A DNA stretch of 64,000 nucleotides from Paraspadella gotoi (taxonomy: Eukaryota; Animalia; Chaetognatha). Shown one piece after another: positions 27,278-37,636 of the stretch (positions within the stretch are counted from its first letter, which is position 1; the number at the start of each line of letters is the position of its first letter). The notes under the pieces are model-generated. The model was not told the DNA's origin. It made no database searches and worked only from the letters and a program-made list of their open reading frames with translations. Where the stretch lies: NCBI GenBank assembly GCA_051294375.1, contig CM119263.1, positions 13,966,414 through 14,030,413 on the forward strand. Reading direction: 5' to 3'. The position numbers were made by a program, and so were the translations under genes.

Positions 27278-28990
27278 GTAATGGGAAGACACAAAAAAAG
27301 GAAGTAAAAAAAGAGAAATTGATTGTCCATTGAACAATGTTCAATTTATCTATGAAGGAGGGAAAGCGCTATGTTCGATCTTTGACGCTTTTGCCGGACG
27401 GAGACGGACTCGTGGCTTCCGGCGAATCCTCGTCTCTCGGCGTTTGGGATCTGAAATCATCGTCGCAGCCGACGAAGAAAGGTTGGCCAGCGATTTTGAC
27501 TCGTTCTGCTGTTTGATCGATCAATTTGGTCAGTGCCCACTACTAATCGATTTCTTAGTTATGAAAATGGTAAAGTTGTCCAACTTGTTTAAAAAATTCT
27601 CTCCGAACACGTCAGGAAGAGCTTGTTTAGCTTGTCTAGCTAAAGCTGCCATCCAATTTTCACTCCGATTTCCAGTTTCGTTGAAATGCGCGGAATCTGC
27701 GACCATCTGTTTCGCTCACTCGATCTCGCCCGACGGACGAACGCTCTTCGTTGCCCTCTCAAACGGAGGCGTCGGCATCTGGGACTTGAGGGTGAGTCTT
27801 TGTTGATTGAGGGAAGGGTGGGGCGGGAAAGGGTGAGGCGGGAAAGGGTGAGGCGGGAAAGGGCGAGGCGGGAAAGGGTGAGGCGGGAAAGGGTGAGGCG
27901 GGAATGCGAAGCCGAAGGCGCGGTTTAAAGTTGTGTCCGCGAAAGCAAAAATCACGAATTTCGCGCTCATTGTCTCAATATGTTCTAAGAAGCCAAACTT
28001 TGGTGCCTATTTATTTTCTTGAGTGGATTTTCCGACTGAAAATCGATGAGAAGTCGGAAAACAGTAGTCACGTGATTTTAAGATCCCTATTGAGTGAACG
28101 TCTTATTCCCAATTCCCATCCACTTTGAAACTCCGCCACTTGACCGAGTTCGCTGAAAAGTTCAAGAGCCTTTTTCAGGTCGAACCCGGATTTACGAGTA
28201 ACAACGACAACGACAACAACAACAACAAACAACTCCTCGTTTTCTCTTCCCAGATCGAGGCTCAAGTCCACCGATTCCACGCCCACGACGACGGCGCCTC
28301 CTGCTTGGGCCTCCTCTCCGACGGGTTTCGCTTCTGGTCAGGAGGACTGGATCACTTCGTCCGCCTCTGGGACATGCGCGGACTCGGAGGGGGCCACCCC
28401 GCCGGGTCGTCGCCCGGTGCCGGGGCCGCGGGCGCCAAGGCTCGCGAATTGCGGCGCCGACGAATGACGTCGAGAGTTTACGGACTCGACGTGGCGCCGC
28501 AGGGAGATTGGGTCGTCGTGGGGTGAGTGGGGAAGGGAGGGCGGGAAGAGGAACGGATTAGTGAGGGACGAGCAAGGATCGTGATGGGCGAAGACGAGTC
28601 TGATCGAGACCGATTCCCCGACTCCAGGGGTCAGGACAGCAGCGTCGACGTCCTCCACTCCACCCTCGACGACCAGTTCCGCCTCCATCTCCACGACTCC
28701 GCCGTCATCTGCGTCAAATTCGCGCCAAACGGAAAATGGTTCGTGTCAGGCGGGAAAGACGGATCGCTCAACGCCTGGCGCTCGCCCTTCGGAGCCTCCG
28801 TCTTTCAGGTGCCGTAAATTTACAATATTAGTTGTGATATTAATGATATTAATTATACTAATGCTGATTATCTCCGCAGTCGAAAGAAAAGGCGGCCATC
28901 CTTTGCGCCGACGTCTCCGTCGACGGGATTCTCGTTACGGGTTCTAGTCAAGAAAAGGCCACCGTTTATCAAGTCAATTGCATACCCTAG
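25011..28990 (+). CDS. Divergent Groucho/TLE-like WD40 protein (groucho paralog), ~619 aa from the ATG at 25011; 5' end uncertain
   Basis: Exons 25011-25265, 25465-25630, 25866-25990, 26061-26154, 26257-26419, 26840-27026, 27112-27180, 27358-27481, 27676-27791, 28254-28522, 28628-28808 and 28880-28990 join in frame (1860 nt). Groucho signatures are present: SKP|[25 protein letters not shown]|[62 protein letters not shown]|SKE. Confidence 0.9.
26620..26837. repeat. Intronic (TTTA)n-like AT microsatellite
   Basis: Degenerate TTTA/TTA runs. (GAAA)n/(TTTC)n tracts also occur at about 27190-27275, 53575-53955, 59130-59208 and 60438-60535. Confidence 0.9.
27811..27904 (+). repeat. 15-bp G-rich tandem repeat (GCGGGAAAGGGTGAG) x~5.5 in a groucho-paralog intron
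   Basis: Read directly from the sequence; begins about 20 nt after the 5' splice site at 27792. Confidence 0.9.
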
Positions 28991-29494
28991 TTTTATCGCC
29001 ATATTATTATTAATATTATTACAATGAGCAAACAAATTTCCGTGTTTTTCTTTTCTCCGTTAGCCTCGAGAAGTGGCGACGAACTCTTTAAATAGACAAA
29101 TTAATGACTGAATGTGCTCAAAGTTCAAGCTACACATTGAAATGGAAAATTTTAAATTTTCTACCCTACGATAGAGAGCATTTACAACTCTGAGTTAAAC
29201 ATCTGAATTAAATCGACAACAACACGCCCGCATTTTTTTTCCGTCCTCATCTCAATCACAATCATTTGTAACATTCATCTGCTTAATCTTCTCCTTCCCT
29301 CGAAAGACATAGAATCGGCGATCGAAGAGACAATCACGAACCAGGAATGCGTTGTTTCTTCGAATCCAAATTCGCCACGAGCACAAATCTGGGAAGATTG
29401 ACATTTACGAGCCGTAAACGTCAACGGTCGCCACGTCTTTTGTTTCTCGATGCTTTCCTGAGCGTTAGTTTCGCTTCTTACAACCTCCGATAGG

Positions 29495-29552
<58 letters not shown>

Positions 29553-29801
29553 TCAAGCGAATCCTTCGATGACGCCATGTCGCCATTACTCGAATTCGAT
29601 CCCCACCCACAACAACAACAACAACTTTTCTAGTGCCTTCTGATTCAGAGCAGCCACTTGTGAGATAAGAATTTTCATTTTGTGAAAAAAGCACATTGAT
29701 TCATTTTCTTCTAAGTATTTTTTAGAAAAAAAATTATTAAATTTGTCATCTGTACATAAAATTAAACTTGTTTCGCGAAGATTTTCCGCTTATTTAAAAT
29801 T

Positions 29802-32800
29802 ATGGTTCATCGAAGAGACGCCGTTTTAGCAATTTTACTTCTCTCCCCAGTGCTGGGTAAGTCCTTAGGAAACTAATTTCATGAATATGATAAAACGAGC
29901 TAAAATATGTGTTTTTTTAGATTTATTATGTTGTTAAATTACTTTTCTTTATAAAAATTTTTAAAAATCATTAATTTGGGTCTAAAATGAAACAATCTTC
30001 CAATAAAAATTTAGCAATAAAACCAAGTGGTGTATAAATTTTTTTTGATTGTTTTCTCATAAAAAACAAACATTAAACAAATATTATTTTAAAAAGATTG
30101 GAAAAAAATCCGTCTAAAAGTATTCTTTTCGGTTGGATTTTGTGTCTCAGACTCAGTATTAGAAATATAATTACAGAAACTACGTATAATTCAATATTCT
30201 GTATCGATCATCTGGCACATGTTAGTAAAATTAAATATTCATATAAGAAGTTGTTTTCTAGCACTTTCAATTTTTAAAATTAGCAAGATTTATTTTAATA
30301 TCAACAAGGATTCGTGGGCGGCGTCGAGAAGTTGGCTTTCAAGAAAGGGTCGACCGATGCTGTGTTCGGCAGCCTCTGCCCCGAAACTCCAAAGGAGACC
30401 ACCGTCTGGTTTAAAGTGGAGAACGAAATTCCGAAAAATCTATGGGCATGCCATGGGCCAGGTGTTGGAGAGACTCATAAAGACCAGTTATTTGAATAAC
30501 GAAGTCAACGATAATTTTAATCGCACCACTAGGCCTTTGCAAAATCGTCAACCACATCGACTTATTCCAAAGGGACTCGTCGAAGACCCAATCGATCTCC
30601 CTCAAACTCATTCCAAACGCAGACTCCGTTCACGCAGGATCCTTCAATTGTCAAACAGACCCGAGCGGATTCGACGATTCCGTTGTCAATCAAGAATTCA
30701 ATTACGAAGTCACTGTTTACGGTTAGCGAGGCGACTCGGTAGTGTCTAAACGTTTTTGTCTCCCCCATCCGTACGTCTGGTATCTTTATCTCTCTTTTCT
30801 CTTCTCTATTTTCTATTTTCTCTTTTTCTCTTTTCTCTTTTATCTTTTCTCTTCTCTCCCTCATCGATTTATAACGTTTGCTTTCCTCAGAAAATAAACT
30901 GACGTGTGACGACAATGTCAGTCAACACGTTGCCGGACAACCGATCGAGCTGAGCTGCGGCATCACCGCCTGGGGAAAAGGAAGCCCCGATCTGGAATTT
31001 CGGGTGAGTTTAGTTCGCGCGAGTCGAAGGGGCGACTTACTTTGTTTCTCGTCATTAACTTGAAGATTGAAACCTCCTTTCTAGGTCGTTGGCCAAAACG
31101 GCGCCGTGGAATCCGTCATCGGATTCGACTCGAGAGACGGAATGAACGTGACCAAGCGCTTGACTCTGCGAAAGGAACTTCACGGGAAGAGTCTCCACTG
31201 TGCCTTCAAGGGATTCGACGGGGCGTCGCCGTCCGAACCCGTCGCCGATTGCGTCGTCAATAACCAACCGCTTAATGTTTTATGTGAGGATAGTGACGGG
31301 GTCGGGAAGGGGTCGAGAAAGTTTCAGGAAGGGGTCTTAAATTATAATTTAAGACGGGTAATAAACAAAAATATTTTATATCCTCAAAACTTATACCGTC
31401 GGTCCGTCTGTAAATTTTCCATTGTCAATTGTCAATAATGGTGATGCTTGGGGCAACTTGACTATGGGGTTAAGACATTCAAGTCTTTGAAATACATTTC
31501 CTTTTCCAAACCACAACCCCATTTTCACAGACCCTCCGGAGATAACTTCCGGTCCCATGGGTTACGCCTTCGCCAAACAGGGCGAAGAGGAGACCCTCTC
31601 CTGCAAGGCTGTGGGCAACCCTGCCCCGACGACCAGCTTTTACTACAACGGCGACCAAGAAGTGTCGGGCCAATTCATCACGATCGACGAAAGTGTGAAG
31701 AGCGTGACTTGTCAAGCGAAAAACTCTCTCGGCGTCGCCAATTCTACGAAGAACATCAACGTGGTGACGTTGGATTGGAATCACGACGCCGTCATGAAGG
31801 AAGGACAGACTTACCCTATCGAATGCGACGTTCGGCAATCGAATCCGTCGCAGGCTCACGAACTGCGGGTTCGTTGTGGTCGGGTCGGATCACGGGGGTT
31901 TCTATTTTTATTGGGAGTGAAGGGCCACTTTTAGGTCGATCTCCCTCCGTTTATCTAGAAATATATATTACGTTATTAAGTCGTTAAGTTACAAAAAAAA
32001 ATTCATATAATACTTAAATTTTATAAAACTAACATCTAGAAAGATTTCAAAATATTTTGGTTCTCGATTCCAGTTGAGTCAGTTCGTGGGCGACGAGAAG
32101 ATCTCGACGACGTCGGCCTCGGCGACGGCGAAGAGGGAATGGAACGGAAAAGGCGTCGTCTGCGTCGCCAACAGCGGAGACTTCGAATACAGAAAGGAAT
32201 TCAAAAAACTCAACGTTCAATGTTAGTCTTACCAATTGCTTGCTCGATAACTGATTAATCGATCGATGTATCTATTTTTAAAAAAAGATCAATCCATCAA
32301 TTTATTCATAATTAGATTATTCTATCAATCAATCGAGCAAGCTTGCCAGTTTATAACCAATCAATTATGGAAAAAAAAACCCATCATATAGCAAGCACTC
32401 ACTTTCTTTAAATGTCCCTTTTGTTTTCCTCCTCAGACGGACCTTACGTCACTTGCGAGGCGCAGACGTCCGACGCCGACTTCTTCCTCCGCCACTGTCA
32501 ACTGGCGCAGAACCCGCGGCCTTTCACGGACGTCGTCAAAGTCAGCCCGAAGGCGCTTACCGTCGATTTGGAGATCGAATGGTACGAAGAAAGTTTGGAA
32601 AAATTATTTATTCATTCTTATTAATTTATTTAATTAATTTAATTAATTTATTTTATTTATTTATTTATTTATTTCTCGCGGAGCAACTCTATAAGTCCCT
32701 TTTCGGTCGGTCGGTACGTCTGTCCGTCGGTCTGTCCCACTTACGTTAAAAATGCTCAGAACTTGCAATATAGTTGGTTGCACAATGCTCATTTGTTAAG

Positions 32801-35518
32801 AAGGGAAATCCTCAAATTAAAGTGACTTCTAGCGCCGCCTTCAGAAAATCCTAAACTATAAAAAACAAAAGACGGAATTCCGACGCAGTGCGTGTCATAA
32901 ATACATGGGCTAAGAAAGTTATTGTGGTCATTTCACTTCGAGTCACGAGAAATACACGTGATAAGGCAGTCACTGCGGCGCAACACATTCGAATTACCGT
33001 TCTTGTTTATTGGGATCGTTGATTTTTTGTGTGGATTTAATGACGACCCTCTCGTCGTAAACTTCAGGACCGTCGAAGCTGATTTTTCTCGCAACTTTAC
33101 CATCAAGTTCCCACGAGCGGCGCTGAAAGAAGCCAACTCGGAAATGGTTCTCGTCATCATCAAAGACCAAGTCAACAAAGAGGTCGAGTTCAAATACGAA
33201 GGTAAGGGACGAAAATCATCTCGTGGCATCTTTAAACCAGGGAGAGCCTTACCCAAAATTTCCTAACGGAGCTTTCGTCGCCGCCATGTGATTATCTTTC
33301 TTCCCGTTGACGAATACAACACTTCGCTTTTTTCTCTTCCGTTTTCGTTTCCCCCAAAAAATAAATAAATAAAACATAAAAACCAAAAAAAAAAATTATT
33401 TGTTATCGATCTTATCTCGTTTTTTCTCACGACGCTTTTGTAGCGGATGACCCGGGTTTGTATTCAAAGTTTTACAACTGGGGTTTGTCGACGCGGTTAA
33501 CCTGATGATATATACTTGGGGGCAGTTGCTCGGTCACAACTAACACGAACCCTTACTGGCTTGCCCGAACTACAATTGAGACGTGAATCGATAATTGTCA
33601 TTATTGTGATTTCCTTTCGTATATTTAAGTTTATGAATGTAATTATACAGTATTTCATTTTATTTTATTCTAAAAATTATAGCATTGTTTTTTCGGATTT
33701 TTAATTAATATTTTAATTAGGTTCTTAATGGCAATAAGAATTGCATTAATAATGCAAAGAGCGAGTTGGAAACTCAGTAAACGATATAAAATTGACTAGA
33801 CAGGACGGTTCTCAAAACACTCGATGTATTGTAATTTGTTATTTTGCAAAGGATTTTAAATCGATTAATCAAAAATGCGCGGGGGCGTGACGTAACTGTG
33901 TTAACGTCCTCCATAATTAGAATTCGATCGGTCACGTCTCGATTTTAATTCTAAAGCTGAAAGGGTGAGAGGGACTTGACGCCCCCCGGGGCTTCGCCAA
34001 CACATTTTCCGGCAGCCTCGGATCCGTCAAATAAGTTCAAAAAATATCATTGTGAAACTCTTTAAATAATTAAATGATAATAACAATAATAATAGTTACG
34101 ATAATTAAAATATTCAAACAATAATAATAATAATTAAATCTTTAGATAATTCGTTTATTCTTTAAATAAGGTTTCAAAAAATTGGCACACCGCTCTAATT
34201 TATCTTCGCACCAAATGATAAAAAAGATTTGGTTTTATGTTCAAAATTATTCCCGAAAACACGATCATTCTTTATAATTTTCCCCCGTCACGAAAATACG
34301 AAATGAAGTATTTTTTTTTATTCGGATATATAATTTTTTTTCTTTTAAATTTAAAGAATCGCACTTGTTTCTTATGTTGTTTTGTGTCGATGCTACTTAA
34401 TCGGAATAGAAAACAATAAATTACGCTTTTTTTTTTTTTTGTTTTTTTTTGTTTTTATTTCGTAAATTTGTCCCGTTTGTTTTTTCGCCATAAGTTACCT
34501 CCAATTTTTTTCCCAAATTTTTTAACTATTTATTTTTAATTTTTACTAGTGTTTAAATGTTTTCCTAATGTTAGATGTGTGGGTCAATCCGCGGGATTTC
34601 ACGACGCCTCTTTTTTTCCCCTTCTCACTCATCATTTTTCTTTTTGATCTCCGATTTCTCAGAAATGTCGGCGGCGATGATAGGACTCATCGCCGGAGTC
34701 ACCGCCGGCGTCATTCTTATCATTCTCATTATCGCCCTCTGCGTGATGCTCATCAAACGGGGGAATTTCGTGGCGCCAAAGAAAGGTTCGTCGCCCTTTT
34801 AAAGCCTTCGGATATTTAACGACGCATTAGAGAGCGTTAACCTTGTATATTACAACAGCAAAAAAAAAACAAAAACTAAACTTGGTCGTTTATATTTTAA
34901 GGTCTGACGGAGGCGGAAAAGGGGGATTATCGGTATCCGTCTGACGACGGGCACGGACAACCTCCTGCCAACAGATCCATGAACGTAAGAACCCTAGTTA
35001 TATTCTTTAGCTCTTGTTCTATTTAAATCTATTTAAACATCTTGTATCCATCCACCTTTATCCTGACTCGCTACAGGGCTACGACAACAAAGTGGCCCCG
35101 AACGACGACGGCCTCGTCTACGCGGATCTCGCTTTCTCCGATCATCAGCCGCGAAGTCGCGCGCCGATCATCGATCCCTACAGGTTTGTCGCTTCACGAC
35201 TTGTCCCAACATGGAAAAGCGAATTTGGTCAACGAATCATTAATTATAACGTGATATTCGTGTAGCTATTAATATTTTGGATATTTAATGCTCTGAACAG
35301 GAGAACCTCAACTCAGGGTTTTTTCCACTGTTAAGTTCCAGATTATATTTATAATGATTATATAGGAATTATTACATTTGAAGTTAATATAACGACAGCC
35401 TATACTAACTAAAGTAACAATTTAAACTTACCCTCTCGTCCTCAGCACAACGGATTATGCGGACATCGACTTTGGCCCTCACCCTCCGCCCTACAGCGTG
35501 TCCGACAGCATAGGCTGA
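29802..35518 (+). CDS. Type I Ig-superfamily receptor (~5 Ig-like domains, TM, ITIM+ITSM tail), ~619 aa
   Basis: Exons 29802-29856 (signal peptide MVHRRDAVLAILLLSPVLG), 30309-30461, 30533-30721, 30891-31003, 31085-31283, 31531-31868, 32074-32221, 32437-32581, 33068-33201, 34663-34785 (TM IGLIAGVTAGVILIILIIALCVMLI), 34902-34984, 35077-35183 and 35446-35518 join in frame (1860 nt). Ig motifs include C...VWFK...HAGSFNC, LSCKAVGNPAP...TCQAKNSLG and LNVLYPP. The tail carries LVYADL, TDYADI and PPPY. Confidence 0.88.
32672..32900 (+). mobile_element. Probable Helentron-associated/DINE-1-like (HINE) non-autonomous element fragment in an intron
   Basis: Starts TTTCTCGCGGAGCAACTCTATAAG followed by a (GGTC/GTCC/GTCT)n microsatellite, the typical HINE 5' layout. 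A related inverted 5'-end copy lies at 37482-37525. The 3' boundary is approximate. Confidence 0.5.
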
Positions 35519-37481
35519 CTCCTTTCGGGGTCATCGTCATCATCTTCATCATCGTCGCCGCTTCTCAATCATCATCGCTCCAACATCATAATCATCATGC
35601 TCGTATTCTTGATATTCCATAGATCCCGTTTTTTAATCGTTATATAACCTTTTGATTCTGTACCGCGTGATTCGTTGTTTTTTTTTATAGAAAAAAAAAA
35701 AGCTATCCCCTTGTTCGCAAGCGTTGCTGTTTTGTTATTGGTTAAGAGGTTTTTCGATCCGTGTTGCTTATATTTTTCGATCAACTCCAGTTTTTTTGTG
35801 CTTTTTTTTTTGTGTTTTTTTCTTATACTACGATATGTCTCTTTTAAGTTCAGTTTTGAAGTAGCAGACGCGCGACACCGCGAAATAAAACGTTAATCCA
35901 TAATCGTAATTCGAATAATTTGACTTTAGCTTAGGCTTTACTACCTTTTTTCTTTTTCTCGTTCGAATGTGAACCGACATTCCCTTCATATTAATCGGTA
36001 TGATTTTAATTCAATTGTGCCTTTTGTACGTAGACTCGTGCCTAAATTCTTAGTAGGCATTTTTTTCTCTCCTCGATAGCGTTTTTTCTTGGTATTGAAA
36101 TTTTGTATAAATTCTTTTTTATATATAATTTTTTTTTTGTTGGCTGAGTGATTGACTAGTCACTGATTGCGTAGCATTTGACGATCACTTGCCGACGTAA
36201 CCACGGCAACCATTTTCTTAAATATGTAAAACGTACTTTTTGCCCAGTTTGTTATTAAAACTAGTTAATCTTTATTTAGACAGTATTCGAAGCCCTCAGC
36301 AACCTCAAAACATAAGCGCGTAATCTGTACCGAATGAAAATTTACATTGTAGCCGATCTATCGCTAAGACGCTCAAAAGTAATTTGCCTTCGAAACAAAT
36401 AAAAATCTACGGCCTTTCATCGGATAAATTTGGCCTTAATACCTTTGTCGTTTTTTATAGCCGAGACTTGTACGGAGTACAAGCAAATAAGCTTTCGTTT
36501 GGCGTCATTTTGTACGCGACCAAGCGGCTTTGCGCGCGTACACGTCAGTCTCGAAGTAAACAAACTTTTATTTCATTAATTTTTTTCTTAGTAAAAAAAA
36601 AAATTCGCTATCATTTCTCCGTCCATCTTGGATCTCGCCGGGCCCGTACGGCGTTTTCTTCTGAAATTGGATTTTTGTTTTAGTTTCTTTGAAAAGAATC
36701 AAACGTTAACTACTTAATTACATTGAGACATCGATCTCTCTTCGCCCGGTGACAATGGTGACATTAGCGCCTGAGGACGAATTGTGATTCCCAATTCTTT
36801 AAGCATGCGAAAGGAATTAATATAGGTATAATTGAAACAAACATTAATTTTCATTACCTTTTAATCCGTTATAATTCTTTATGAGGGTTAACTCTATTAA
36901 ATCGATTATCTTAAAATCAATTCACGATGAGGTACTGGAGTTTTAAATTTATATTCCATACTCTGGATGCTGGGCTTCCTTCATTGTGACTGTTCTCCCC
37001 CAGGATGCTGCTTAAATTAGTCTTTGAACAATTTATCTTATCCTTTTATTATGTGCCTTTTGAAGTTTGTAGGCTTGTTTATAATGTAAATAAAGTCTTG
37101 AACTTTTATTTACAAAAACGTCTGAGTCGCTTTATTTTCGTTGAAAAAAGTGAAATAATGCTAGTAATAGCTACGAACATGCTCGTTGTACAGCAAAATA
37201 TTTTTCGGCGATAGACAAATAGATTAATAACTCGAAGCCGAATACTATTTCATTTTCGAGTCACTTTTCAATCAATCCTTTTCACTTCATTTAAGAAAAC
37301 AAGAAATGTGTTGCGCCGGATTTACTATCTTTTTACGATCATGCGTCTCCATAAGATCACGGGACCACAAAATTGTTAAATGTGTAAATTAAGCGATAAG
37401 CATCTCATTGTGCATCATTTTTTTACCAAGTACGTATTAACTAAAATGATGCAGTATTACCGAAGTTATAGGTATTTAAAA

Positions 37482-37525
37482 CGTAGACCGACACCCAAGT
37501 GTCTTAAAGAGTTGCAACGCGAGTA
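37482..37525 (-). mobile_element. Second, diverged 5'-end fragment of the same HINE-like family
   Basis: Its reverse complement TACTCGCGTTGCAACTCTTTAAGACACTTGGGTGTCGGTCTACG aligns with TTCTCGCGGAGCAACTCTATAAGTCCCTTTTCGGTCGGTCGGTACG at 32673. Confidence 0.45.
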
Positions 37526-37636
37526 CACGTGGCGGACATAAAACTCATCTTAAATAAATTGCACATATTAGCGTTTCTAAATAATAGAAGAGCTCCACAA
37601 AAAAGTATACAAACAAATTACAAGGCAATTTTAACG

